DNA of 64,000 nucleotides from Marsupella aquatica (Eukaryota; Plantae; Marchantiophyta): NCBI GenBank assembly GCA_973895155.1, contig OZ316899.1, positions 9,980,287 to 10,044,286 of the forward strand, read 5' to 3'. Shown piece by piece: positions 23,521 to 34,250 of this stretch (position 1 is its first letter; each line of letters starts with the position of its first letter). The notes under the pieces were generated by a model. It saw only the letters and a program-made list of their open reading frames with translations, ran no database searches and was not told where the DNA came from. The position numbers and the translations under genes were made by a program.

Positions 23521-26500
23521 ATACCAAGGGATCGGCATACAAGCCGATTACGAGGGCAGAACAAATTGAGGCCCTATTAGAAGCCGAGAGAGCACAGCGG
23601 CCTAACTCTCAGGAGCAAGAGGTGGATGAGATGGACAGACACGATCCAGAGCCAAGGCAGGAAGGGGAGCCGACCACTAATTCAAAACCGAATAGACCGG
23701 TAAGGGGACAATCTATGGACACCAAGGAAGGGACCGACTCGGCTAGTCCAGCCGAAATCCCAGTTTATGGAGGTATGAGATTAGAGAGACTGGAAGCCGA
23801 ACTGGACCCGAATTTGAAGAAGCAGATTAATATGATCCAAGCACGGCAATATCGGAAGCTCGACTTAGGAGAGGGAAGAGAACTGAACTTAGGGAGAAAT
23901 CTAGCACCTGAGCTCAAGAAAGAGATTAGTGACTTATTGATTGAATTTCAGGATGTGTTTGCATGGAGTCACCAAGATCTAAAGGGAGTAGATCCAACAC
24001 TAGGGGAACATCGAATTGATCTCATGCTGGGAGCCAAATCATTCCGACAACCAATTCGAAGGATGAACCCGAAGTATTCCCTGCTGGTCAAAACAGAAAT
24101 CGACAAACTAGTGGAAGCTGGATTCATCACTCCAGTCCTGCATTCAGACTGGGTGTCTCCAATTGTGATAGTTCCCAAGAAAGCTGGACCCGATGGTAAA
24201 CCCAAGATCCGGGTTTGTCAGGATTACAGGAAGCTGAATGAAGCAACATTAAAAGACCATTTTCCTTTACCGTTTACTGATATGGTACTAGACATGGTAG
24301 CCAGTCATGAACTATATTCATTCATGGATGGATACTCTGGTTATAACCAAATCCGGATTCGGCAGGAAGACCAAATCAAGACGGCCTTCATCACGGAATG
24401 GGGGATCTATGTCTTCAATCGTATGCCGTTTGGACTCTGCAACGCACCAGCTATGTTCCAACGATTAATGGTGAACATTTTCCATGATTACTTGAGAAAG
24501 TTCATGGAAATCTTCATTGATGACTTTGCAGTATTCGGGAAGGCATCGAAACATGCTAAATACCTCAGAAAAACCTTCATGAGATGTAGAGAGGTGGGTC
24601 TCAAGTTACACCCAGATAAATGTTTTTTTGCAGTAACCGAGGGGGTGCTACTAGGTCACAAGGTATCAAGGAAGGGCATTGAGATTGACAAAGGTAAGCT
24701 AGCAGTATGGCTAGATATCATGCAACCTAAGAACATAAAGGATGTAAGATCCTTCTTGGGATGCATTGGTTACTATCACCGGTTCATCAAGGATTTTGCC
24801 AAGCTAGCTTTACCATTAACCAATATGCTCAAGGCAGGAGCAGACTTCGAACCCACACCCGAACGAGTCACAGCGGTGGTAGAATTGAAGCAGATGTTAG
24901 TAGAGGCCCCAGTCATGATAGCACCGGACTGGAACAAAGATTTTCATGTTTTTGTAGATGTCTCGGGCTTCTGTATTGGCTCAGTACTAAGTCAGTTGGA
25001 TGAGAAAGGAAGGGACCATCCCATATACTTCGCAAGCCGTCAGCTTGCCGATGCCGAACGGAACTACTCTACCACGGAAAGAGAAGCATTAGGAGTCATT
25101 TATTCTTGTAAAAAGTTTAGGCATTATTTACTAGGGTACAAGGTAATCTTTCATACTGATCATGAAAGTTTGAAGTACCTAGTCAATAAGCCGGACCTTA
25201 CAGGCAGAGTAGCAAGATGGATTTTGCTATTACAGGAGTTTGACTATGAGCTGAGGATCAAGCCGGGAAAGTTACATGCCAATGCCGACTTCTTTTCAAG
25301 GATCACAGGTAAACCTGCCACGGATTGCATCGATGATCGATTCCCCGACGAGGAGCTATTCGTTGTGGAAATAGCTGGTACATGGTACCCTGAGATTTTA
25401 CAATTTCTCAGCACTTCCAGATTACAGCCAGGATTAAGCCGAGAGCAAGCCGCAGTCTTTGTGCGGAAGGTCAGACAGTATCAGTGCATTAAAGGCATAC
25501 TGCACAAGCATGGAATCAACGGCACGATTCAAAGATGTTTGGAAAAGAGAGAGGTAAAACGAGTCCTACGGGCCATGCATGGAGAGGAGGCCGGAGGACA
25601 TTTTGCCCCAGTAACCACGTCTAAGAAGATATTAAATGCCGGTTACTGGTGGCCCACCTTGCACAAAGATGTCTATCAGTTTATCAAACAATGCGATCCT
25701 TGTCAACGAGCGGGAGGACCAAGGGCGTCCACCAGGCATCCACTGCACCCTATTCTACCTCTGGCACCATTCGAGAAGTGGGGTATTGATTACATTGGAC
25801 CTCTGAAACCACTGACCCCACCCTCGACGGAACAAGTACATAATCCTGGCTACGGATTATGCAACTAAATGGGTAGAGGCCAGACCAACAACGAAGGATG
25901 ATGCAATTACTACGGCTAGATTCATGTATGAGCAGATCTTCACCAGGTATGGAGCACCCCTAGAATTAGTTAGTGATAGAGGAACCCATTTTTTGAATGA
26001 TATAATTAGTCGTTTAAATGAGCAGTATTTAGTTAAACATAGGCCTACTACTCCCTACCATCCAAAGGCAAACGGGTTGACAGAACGAGCAAACGGAATT
26101 ATAGGAAAGATATTGAACAAGACAGTAGCTCAGAACAAACTCGATTGGGATGATAAATTGTTTGCTGCTGTTTTTGCTTACAATCTTGCCTATAAATCCA
26201 CTACCGGTCATACACCCTTCTTCTTAACCTTTGGACAAGAAGCCCTGGTACCCACGCAACTTGAGATACCGACATTTCAAGTTACAATTGAGGAAAGAGC
26301 CTCAGCGGAGGAGAGCCTAAAGGAGCGAGAATATAGGTTAGAAGCTTTAGAGGAAGCGAGAATGATTTCAGCCGAGAGAGTAGAATATAGACAGAATATC
26401 ATGAAGCAGCAGTATGATAAAAGGTTAAAAGTAGTTAGTATTCATACCGGTGATCTTGTGCTACTTTATGACAGTAGGTATAGTAGGTTTCCAGGAAAGC

Positions 26501-26694
26501 TTTACACTCGCTGGTTAGGACCCTTTAGAGTAACCATGATGTTCCCCAATGGCTCCGTACAATTGGCCAACATTACGGGAGAGGTATATCCAGTTCGCAT
26601 CCATTATGACCGCCTCAAGAAATACTATATGGACGAAGATGAAGTTGTTCGCGAGGACGCTTCACAATTAAGTGGGGAGCTATGTGATGCCTAG
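23427..26694 (+). CDS. pol: Pol: RT-RNase H-integrase (one extra C at ~25816-25819 frameshifts the integrase)
   Basis: RT: DYRKLN..KDHFPLP, MPFGLCNAP, FIDD. RNase H: VDVSG/TTERE/TDH. IN: HHCC, WGIDYIG, SDRGTHF, GLTERAN, GPF. Removing one C restores ...PLTHPRRNKYIILATDYATKWVEA. Confidence 0.92.
23451..23510 (+). promoter_or_regulatory. Candidate programmed -1 ribosomal frameshift signal
   Basis: G_AAT_TTT in the gag frame (23451-23457), a 5-nt spacer, and a 9-bp stem GGCGTTGTG (23463-71)/CACAACGCC (23489-97). Loop GCCG could pair with CGGC (23507-10). The pol ORF is in the -1 frame. Confidence 0.6.
26669..26682 (+). promoter_or_regulatory. Polypurine tract
   Basis: TAAGTGGGGAGCTA directly before the 3' LTR; the IN reading frame runs through it into the LTR. 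Confidence 0.7.
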
Positions 26695-29600
26695 ACAGGA
26701 ATCACTCGGCCGGTTAAGTGGGTAAAGCAGGAAGGCACCCTAGGAACACCTTAGTATAGTGACAAAACAAGGAAAATATAAACAATTAGGGGCAACCATG
26801 GAACCCGGGCCGAGGCCGGAGGTAAGGCTAAGGGTGAAAACCCGATTAGGGTTAGGGCGCGTTAAGCGTCGGCGGCTAGGAAGGATCAACGGGAAGAAGG
26901 ACCGGCAAAGGAGAGGGGTAAGGAGCGCTTGCAGGAAATAGTGGCTCATTTGCGAGCATGAACTAGGCAGACGACTACGGGAGGCCAACTACTGTCAGCT
27001 GCTTAGGCAAGCACTCGGGGAGAGAGTAGATACCGACGATCAACCTAAGGAGGGTATGAGCAACGTCAATCAAGCGGCACATTTCTGGGGATGCCTGTTC
27101 GAACGGGCAACTGAGTACATCAAGACTTACGAGGACGAGGAATCAGAAAGGGCAGCTAGAGAACGGCAGGAGCTCGCTCGATTGTGGGAGCTGCAGAAGA
27201 CGGCTTTCTTAGGAGGCGAACTCATCAAGGACGAGTTCCTGTGGACGCCTACTTCCAATCAACTCGACGATCTTCTGTTTTGCAAAGACAGCGTCGTCGG
27301 CATCCGAGAGGCCATCAAGAACTGCAACGACATACACTGGGAATTAAAGGGTAGCACGGAAAGGTGGACCCAGGCAACGGTGCTAGGAGAAACCTCCACG
27401 GCAGCAGAGATGAAGAGGAAGGGAGCCGTGAACGATGAAGCCACCCCGGCAAAAAGAACGAGATCGGCGGCACCAAAGAAGCCAGCCGAGCAGCAGAGCA
27501 GGAGGCAGGGAGAAGCCGAAGAAGAGGAGGTCGATCCCATCAAGGCCATTCCAACCAGGGATGACACCTGGAAGGGCTGGGCGGCAACCCTACCGGTGGA
27601 GGTGCAACTACATTTTGCACGGGAGGAGGATGCATGCTTTACGGCCATGCAGACCAAGAAGTACCAAGGCTTCATGGCCGGATCCGGCTTGGAGGCCTTT
27701 GTAAGATTACCATGGCTGAAGCCGAAGGTACCGGAGTCAGACCTATTAGAATTCGTGGGGTCATGGGAACCCGAGACCAATTGCACGAGGATATATGGGA
27801 AGGATTTCTATCTTACTCCCAAGGTAATTGCCGAAGTGTTTGGCCTGCCGATAGGCAATAAGACCAAAGTTGATACCAGGAAGACCTTGCCTGACAAGGA
27901 GTTCCGGTCGTTCCCCGGGCCATCAACGAAGAATGGCTTCTTCCGGAACACCTGCACCAACCCGCACATAGGAGAGATGATCGACTTCTTGCGGGTGACC
28001 ATGCATTGTAACTTGCCGAGGGCAGAGATCGGCAAGGCACAGGTCTATCTGGCAGAAAGGCCAGACCCAAGCCGGGACTACAATGGGTACCTCCTCAACC
28101 AATTGAAGAAGATCTTAAAGGAGGAGCAGCAGGTAATCGGCATGGGGAGCGTGTCGCGGCTTGGCTATCACATGCCGCTGTTGTGCCGGTATGCCAGAGG
28201 TCAGACTTTTGCCCCGGTACTTCCCCTGCAGGTAAGGGCACCCGAGGAAGCTCCAACGCCGAGGCCGTTGGCTGAGAAGCCTCAACCACCTGTTAGTCCT
28301 ACGATCGAGCAGGTGTTTAGGCCCAGGAAGGAGGACTTGCCGATGCAACAACCAGGCATGCAGAGTCTGCTGAAACTACTGGAGAAAGAAAAGAAATCGG
28401 CATCGGCAACAACAACGGCAACGGCAACAATGCAGGACACTACTACAGAGGTAGGCCTACACCGGCTCACAAGAGAAAACCCCTTTGCTGGAGACAAGGA
28501 GAGAATCAGGCCAAAATCCAAGCCAGGTGTTCGAATGTACGTGGGAACCTCAAGCTCCGAATCTGAGGCAGAATTGCCTGAAGCTCCTACCGACGAAGAG
28601 GAGAGGGAGAAGCCGGACGTCCAAGAGGTAGAGGAGGCAGTGGAGGACTGCAGCCATGATAATTCCGGCTATGGGTCGGACCATCACGTTCCAGGAGTAA
28701 GGACCTGTGGCCGGTTTGTCCCCACACTTCCAAGGGTAGTGCGAGGGGACCCCAACCAGTAGAGTAGCCCTGAGTCTCCCCCACCAGACGTTGCCCCCCC
28801 GAGCTTCGACGGCATAAAACAGACGGTGCAGGAATTTCAGGAGCGAATCAAGCAGGAAGAGGAGGCCGCCCTGGCTAAGGAAAAGGATTTACCAGGAGGA
28901 GATTGGCCGGAGGACATCAGGCGGCTAGCCGAAAAAGGAAGCAAACCTCTAGCCACGATTGAAGAGATCCGCAGGACGGCTTGGGAGCAGAGGCCACGAT
29001 GGGCGATGCCGATCACTTCTACTTACTCCACCTACGCTAAGAATAGAGCCATGGAGTATGGTGAGATGTGTGGGGAACTTGCGCTCGACATCTTTGGAGA
29101 GGAGTTGGAGGTAGGACCCTTTTTCCATAGGGAGCAGTTGGAGAAGCACCAATTAGAAGAAGCGGTGGCTTTAGAGAGAAGCAAGAAGGACGAGGTCATT
29201 CGGCGGCTTAGGAGGATGGAAGCCGAGATTGAAGATCTAAGGGCGGCCAAGAAAGCCCAAGATGAACTGCGGATTAAACGACATGAGCTGAACATCATGC
29301 AGGGGCAGTTGGACACCGCGCAGGCTGATAATCAGAATATCAAGGATAAACTGACTCAGACGCAGGAAGAGTTGGCCGACACGATCAAAGAGAGGGAGAA
29401 GTGGAAGCAAGAGCTGAAGAATACAGAGGAGGCCCACATAACAGCCAACAGCCGGGCCATGGCGGAGACCCAAAGAAAGGAATGGGCGTTGAAAGGGGAG
29501 CTCGAGAAAATCCGCGGAGCCCTTGAGCAGAAGGAGGCCGAGTTAGGGAAATCCTATCAAGGGATTATGGCGCTGCAGCAGGAGCTTGCGTCCCTGACGG

Positions 29601-31318
29601 CCAGCTTCAAGGCCGACCTAAGGGAGAAGGACGAGATGCTCGAACAGACTTACGCCAAGATGAATCAGATGGAGTCTGTCATCATTGCAGAGCTCGACAA
29701 GGAGCTAAGAGCAACCCAGGAGGAGAGGGCTACCTTGAAGAAGGAATTGGAGGAAGCCCACAGGGAGCAGGAGGAGGCCAAAAACGAGCTGGAGGGAGCA
29801 CGTAAGGACCTGGATGAAACCCAAGAGGAGTTGGAGGAAATCACGAGGAAGATGGAGAACCTACAGCGGCGGGCCGACAACCAAACTGAGCGGCTGAAGA
29901 AACAAGCCGCAGTATTTAAATGCTTAGCTGCAGCAGGTCCATCTCCCGTTGGGACAAACCAGTTACCAGGGGTGGTAATTGCCGAAGGACAGGCCGCGCC
30001 ACCTGCACCAGTGCCGGAAGTAAGTGGGAAGGGGAAGGGACCAGATGCCGAGCCACCAACGAAGAAGAAGCGGAAACCTTCAAGGTCAAGGAGTAATACG
30101 ACTTCACAGGCCGTGGTGATCAAGGAGGTAGACCCAGCACCGACCCCAGACAGGGTCACGGCTAAGGATCCAACTACCCTAGGGGAAGGGGAAGCCGAAG
30201 CCGTGGGAGTGGCTGAGGCCGAAGCCGTGGGTATTGCCGAGGCCGGTGTCGAGGCTGAAGCCGAAGGTGGACCCAGTCAGGCCGAGGGAGAGTTGACTCG
30301 GTCAAGGGCAGGTAATCTGTCAGTAGGCGGGCCAACGGCAGTGGCTGAGGGGGAAGTGTTGGGGGCGTCCATTGAGGATCCACCACCGGTGTCGTGACGG
30401 TGCAAGGGCGCCGTTCCTTTTAGGGAGGGCGGACGTGGAGGGAGGAGGCGTGAGTGGGCAGGGCGGGCGCGGATCTCCACGTTTAGGATTAGGATTAGAA
30501 CCAGGAGCGGCCCTGACACTTAGCTTAGTGGGATTGCGGTTCCACTGGTAGGAGCAACACTTGTGCTCCTGCCTTGCTGTACATAGGTAGATTCGGGCAA
30601 GTAGATTACTGTTAGGTAGATTAGGCTTACGATGCAAAGAATGGCGGATCCACTACCAGGAGAAGTACCTGGGCAGCGGGGAGCTCAGGGCCTCTTCTTT
30701 AGCAAGTTTTTAGTTTGCACCAGCCGGGCTGGGATCAAGTAGTACGAGAAGCTCTCGGTTAGTCATACAGTGACCCTTGTGTATATTCATGTTTCCTCAT
30801 GCCTAAGAGCTGAATAGAGTTGGCCTCACGGCTTAGTTCGCAGAACTGGTGTATGAGATGTACTGTTTGTATGGCAAGTGCATGGTATGACTCAGTCAGA
30901 ATGAGTCATTTTGCTATTTGTGTGTCGCATTAACTTGTGTGAAGAGTGCCCACATCAACAGAAGGAAGGAAAGTAAGCAGGGGAGTGAGAGTTGGATGTG
31001 TCGAGCTGAGAGAGGTCTTAGCGGCTTAACCAAGCCTATTGGGGATCATTCCGGCGGCGGAATCCAAACATACCTAACAAGACGGAGGGGAAGACAGGGG
31101 AAGACAGGGGAAGACCTATATTAGGCCGGCTACGTATCTCATGACCCGATGAAGGATCTGTCCAGTATATGTGTGTAAAATGTTAATAGTAGTAGTAGAA
31201 GGTTAGCAGCGTCCCATGCCGCTAAGCCGCGGAAACGGCCTCGCCAAGCACGAAACCTGCGGGAATCGGCTTGAGCTGGGGGGTTTCTTGGGTTTAGGGA
31301 GCCATGGGACGCACCACA
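26683..31318 (+). repeat. 3' LTR (4636 bp)
   Basis: Direct repeat of 15825-20460, followed by TSD CCCCC. Confidence 0.97.
27056..30397 (+). pseudogene. LTR-encoded ORF, 3'-LTR copy (CAG>TAG at 28760-28762)
   Basis: ORFs 27056-28762 and 28826-30397 are in frame and otherwise near-identical to 16198-19539. Confidence 0.9.
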
Positions 31319-32394
31319 CCCCCGGACCCATTTGAGCTCAGAAGGTCGTAGCCCTCCTCGAGAGCTTTCCATCGCACCCAAGAAGTCCTCCAACAGACTT
31401 CCCGTTGGAAAGATGTCGTCATTTCCATTTGGCGGTTTCCCTTAGTGTCGCGACCGCCGCGGCTCACAACTTCGGCTCGGCCTTAGCCCCCAGGGAGACA
31501 CCACTCCCCTCATATATGCTTCTGGAGACCTGCCACCCCCGGACCAACTTTGGTCCCTAAACATTTGGCCCCCAACCCGGATCCCATCGCGCATAATGGG
31601 CGCGCCACCAACTGGCAACGCCCATAACTTTCTTGATAGGCATCCGCAAGCGGAGTGCCTTAGCCCATTGTAACCGGGCCGACCCAGTGCTCATGCCTAG
31701 GCCCTCAGGTCTGATTGCCGCTTGGGGCCCCCGATCGGCCCAACTCGGATCGGGCCACAACTTGCGCCCCAAGCGTCCGTTGCCAATGGCGTCAACTCCA
31801 TTGGCCTTGGGCCCAAGAGGAGCTCACTCCCAAGCCCTCAAAACTCAAAGTCCATCCGACGGTCCGGACGACCATCCTTGAGCCCGGCCCATTTGCCCTT
31901 GACCCGACCAGCCATAGGCTAGTCCAAGTCCTTAGTGTGTGTCCCCAGCTTGGCCCCTTGCCTCGCTAGTGCCACGTCTTATTGCCCACAAGTCTCCCCG
32001 TGCTAAGTCCTTCCCCGATGGCCTATCCGGGCCTCGACCATAAGGGAGCTCGGCGTCGGAGTCAGCGACACCGGAGCTAAGTGTTAAGGTAGTTAAGTTC
32101 CGCGACTCCTTGGGCGGTGCCAATAAATGTTTTAGCACCAACCCATGCAGGAGAGTCCTAACTAGCCAGCCATATGGCAACCCGGAGGAGGAGCCATAAT
32201 AGCGCCTGTTGATCTAGGAAAGGCAACATACCCACCAAAGTTTGCCGCCGAGATTTGAGCCCACCCAGTACGTTTACAGTGACACCCCCAGGCAGCAAGA
32301 AACAACAATCCGCCAACAATAAAATAAGTCTAACTGCCACCAACCATAACAAGGTACATTAGTTCAAAGATCACATTTATTTCAATGATCTCAT

Positions 32395-33111
32395 TTATAC
32401 AAAAAAAACTTGTGTCCAAACTGATGCTACTACTCCTCGATCTGATTCAAAATCGCTAATGACCCAGTCCTCACTTGTTGTCTCATAGTCCTCTCTATAA
32501 GGATCCTGACCCTTCCGTGGCCAGGCCTCAAAAAGATCATAGTCCATTGGGTTTTGACGCTTCCCAGCTGCTACTGATTCCACAAGTCGAGCATATGAAA
32601 CCACAAACACATTATGGGACATGACATAAAAGCGAATGTCTCCCTTCCCAAACTTGCGGCAGTCTTTGGGATATGACTTAGTAATGACATGAGTGGTGTC
32701 CTCTGTTATATTTTCCTCCACTGTCCCACCTAGGTCAAGCACTATGGACTTGTACACTTTGCACTTAAACTCTCCAATACCCGCCTCCACAAATACCATG
32801 CTCAGCCCTTTCAGAATGGGGGTTGGTTGCTTCGTCTCCTCAGCCAACATACTCTTCAGCCTTCTAGAGCTCTGTCCTTTGTTGAGTACAGGTCCATATT
32901 GGACATCAGCAAGCCGTGCCTTTGCTTCCCAGACTTCTTGTTCAGCCCAAGCTGATGCAGTAGCTTCTTCATCCTCCCACAACTCATACTGCTCAGTATC
33001 CTGTACAATCTGATGTGCTATGGGATCTGTGATCCAAGAGGCCTCAACTACTTTTAGGCCTTGCTTAGTAATTGCAGAATTCATGTAGGACCATGACCAC
33101 TTCTTTATCAC
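32395..33111 (-). CDS. BRCT-domain exon/ORF (resembles plant DNA polymerase lambda-type BRCT)
   Basis: LKGLSMVFVE...LGGTVEENITEDTTHVIT...VVSYARLVESVAAGKRQNPMDYDL fits the BRCT pattern. Splice acceptor near 33125. Confidence 0.6.
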   Translation of the reverse strand: MIKKWSWSYMNSAITKQGLKVVEASWITDPIAHQIVQDTEQYELWEDEEATASAWAEQEVWEAKARLADVQYGPVLNKGQSSRRLKSMLAEETKQPTPILKGLSMVFVEAGIGEFKCKVYKSIVLDLGGTVEENITEDTTHVITKSYPKDCRKFGKGDIRFYVMSHNVFVVSYARLVESVAAGKRQNPMDYDLFEAWPRKGQDPYREDYETTSEDWVISDFESDRGVVASVWTQVFFV

Positions 33112-34250
33112 TGATAGCCATGTCCCTGCAACAACATGTGTAGTCTCTGGAGTGATGTCCTGAACTACAATGCCATGGAGCTTAGAGAATCGTTTCTATA
33201 CAGTTGGCCAATGCACTTTGGTCAACCCATGCTGGCCATGGACCAAAATGGCTCTGACCCCTCTAAACACTGTTGGGTGGTCACACTTTCTACGTTTCCC
33301 AGGCTCCATAAACACACACCCTACGTGATCACAGTGAATTTTGGAAGAATGGGTGTCACATCGTCGGCTGCGGCCTTAACTCAGACTTCAGCTTAGACGG
33401 GCACATCCCTCGTAAATCTGAGGGTTCGGGCAGGAAGGGAAGCACGTAATGCACCTTATTCTTGTAAACTAGCGCTAAGTGCGCATACTGCTAAATACGG
33501 ACACCTCCTAGGTATGGTTTGTGTTCCGCCGCCGGAACGTACCTTAGTCGATAGCAGGATCGACCCCGGCTTAAGGGCTTCTAAGCCTTCGTGCTGTCCG
33601 CCTTCGATCCGGATTCGATGATACAGGTCCTCAACCCGTGCTCGCAACCACTTACCCACAGGCTGCACCCTGTGCACGTCTCGGGTAGTGCGTTCGGCCT
33701 GGCGCTGCCACCCATATACGAGAAACCCACACACATACACGCGCACATGCATACAATCTCGATTTACACGAAGGAAAATGATGGGAAAGGATTTTACTAC
33801 AAAGGGAACATATGCGTACACTTAGTTGACCCGACAGCCCCGGAATGAACAGGTTCAAGGCCGAGGGTGCACACTACAACGGAGCCCGGCTCCGCACTCG
33901 CCCGACGAGCTTAGTCCTACCCCCTCCCCTTGGTACTCTTTCATTCCCAGAGGTCGGGACTCCCCGCACATACCGCGGACGTCCAACTCTGCAACTAAAA
34001 TCCCCCCCCTTGCCTCTACCGAGGGGTGCACTAAATACTAAGGGACGAGGGACGGGGTGTCCTCTTGCCGAAGATTCGCTGACTAAGGTCCTAACTAAGC
34101 TGACAGTCAGGCCGGAAAACGACTATCTTATTAGAAGATCCTAATCTACGCAGGCTGGACAGCATGGCAGCGCTGCTGTACCTAAGGCAGGTGCCTGTCC
34201 CAAGAGCCTGACTAAGCCAGTCCTAATCCTAATCTATTCCTACTCCACTG

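Larger units (their letters stand above)
15825..31318 (+). mobile_element. Full-length Ty3/Gypsy non-chromovirus (Athila/Phygy/Selgy-like) LTR retrotransposon, 15,494 bp, with protein-coding 4636-bp LTRs
   Basis: TG...CA LTRs at 15825-20460 and 26683-31318. TSD CCCCC at 15820-15824 and 31319-31323. PBS and PPT present. Domain order gag-PR-RT-RH-IN. No chromodomain and no second (archaeal-type) RNase H visible. Confidence 0.97.

Noticed and set aside
25810-25825. Second frame break in pol as programmed recoding
   Set aside because: It falls inside the conserved integrase core at a C-run. A single-base insertion (mutation or homopolymer sequencing error) explains it, and no slippery or structure signal is present.
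5919-30637. Numerous antisense and alternate-frame ORFs overlapping the LTR ORFs and gag-pol
   Set aside because: Shadow ORFs of GC-rich coding sequence; they recur only because the LTR is repeated.
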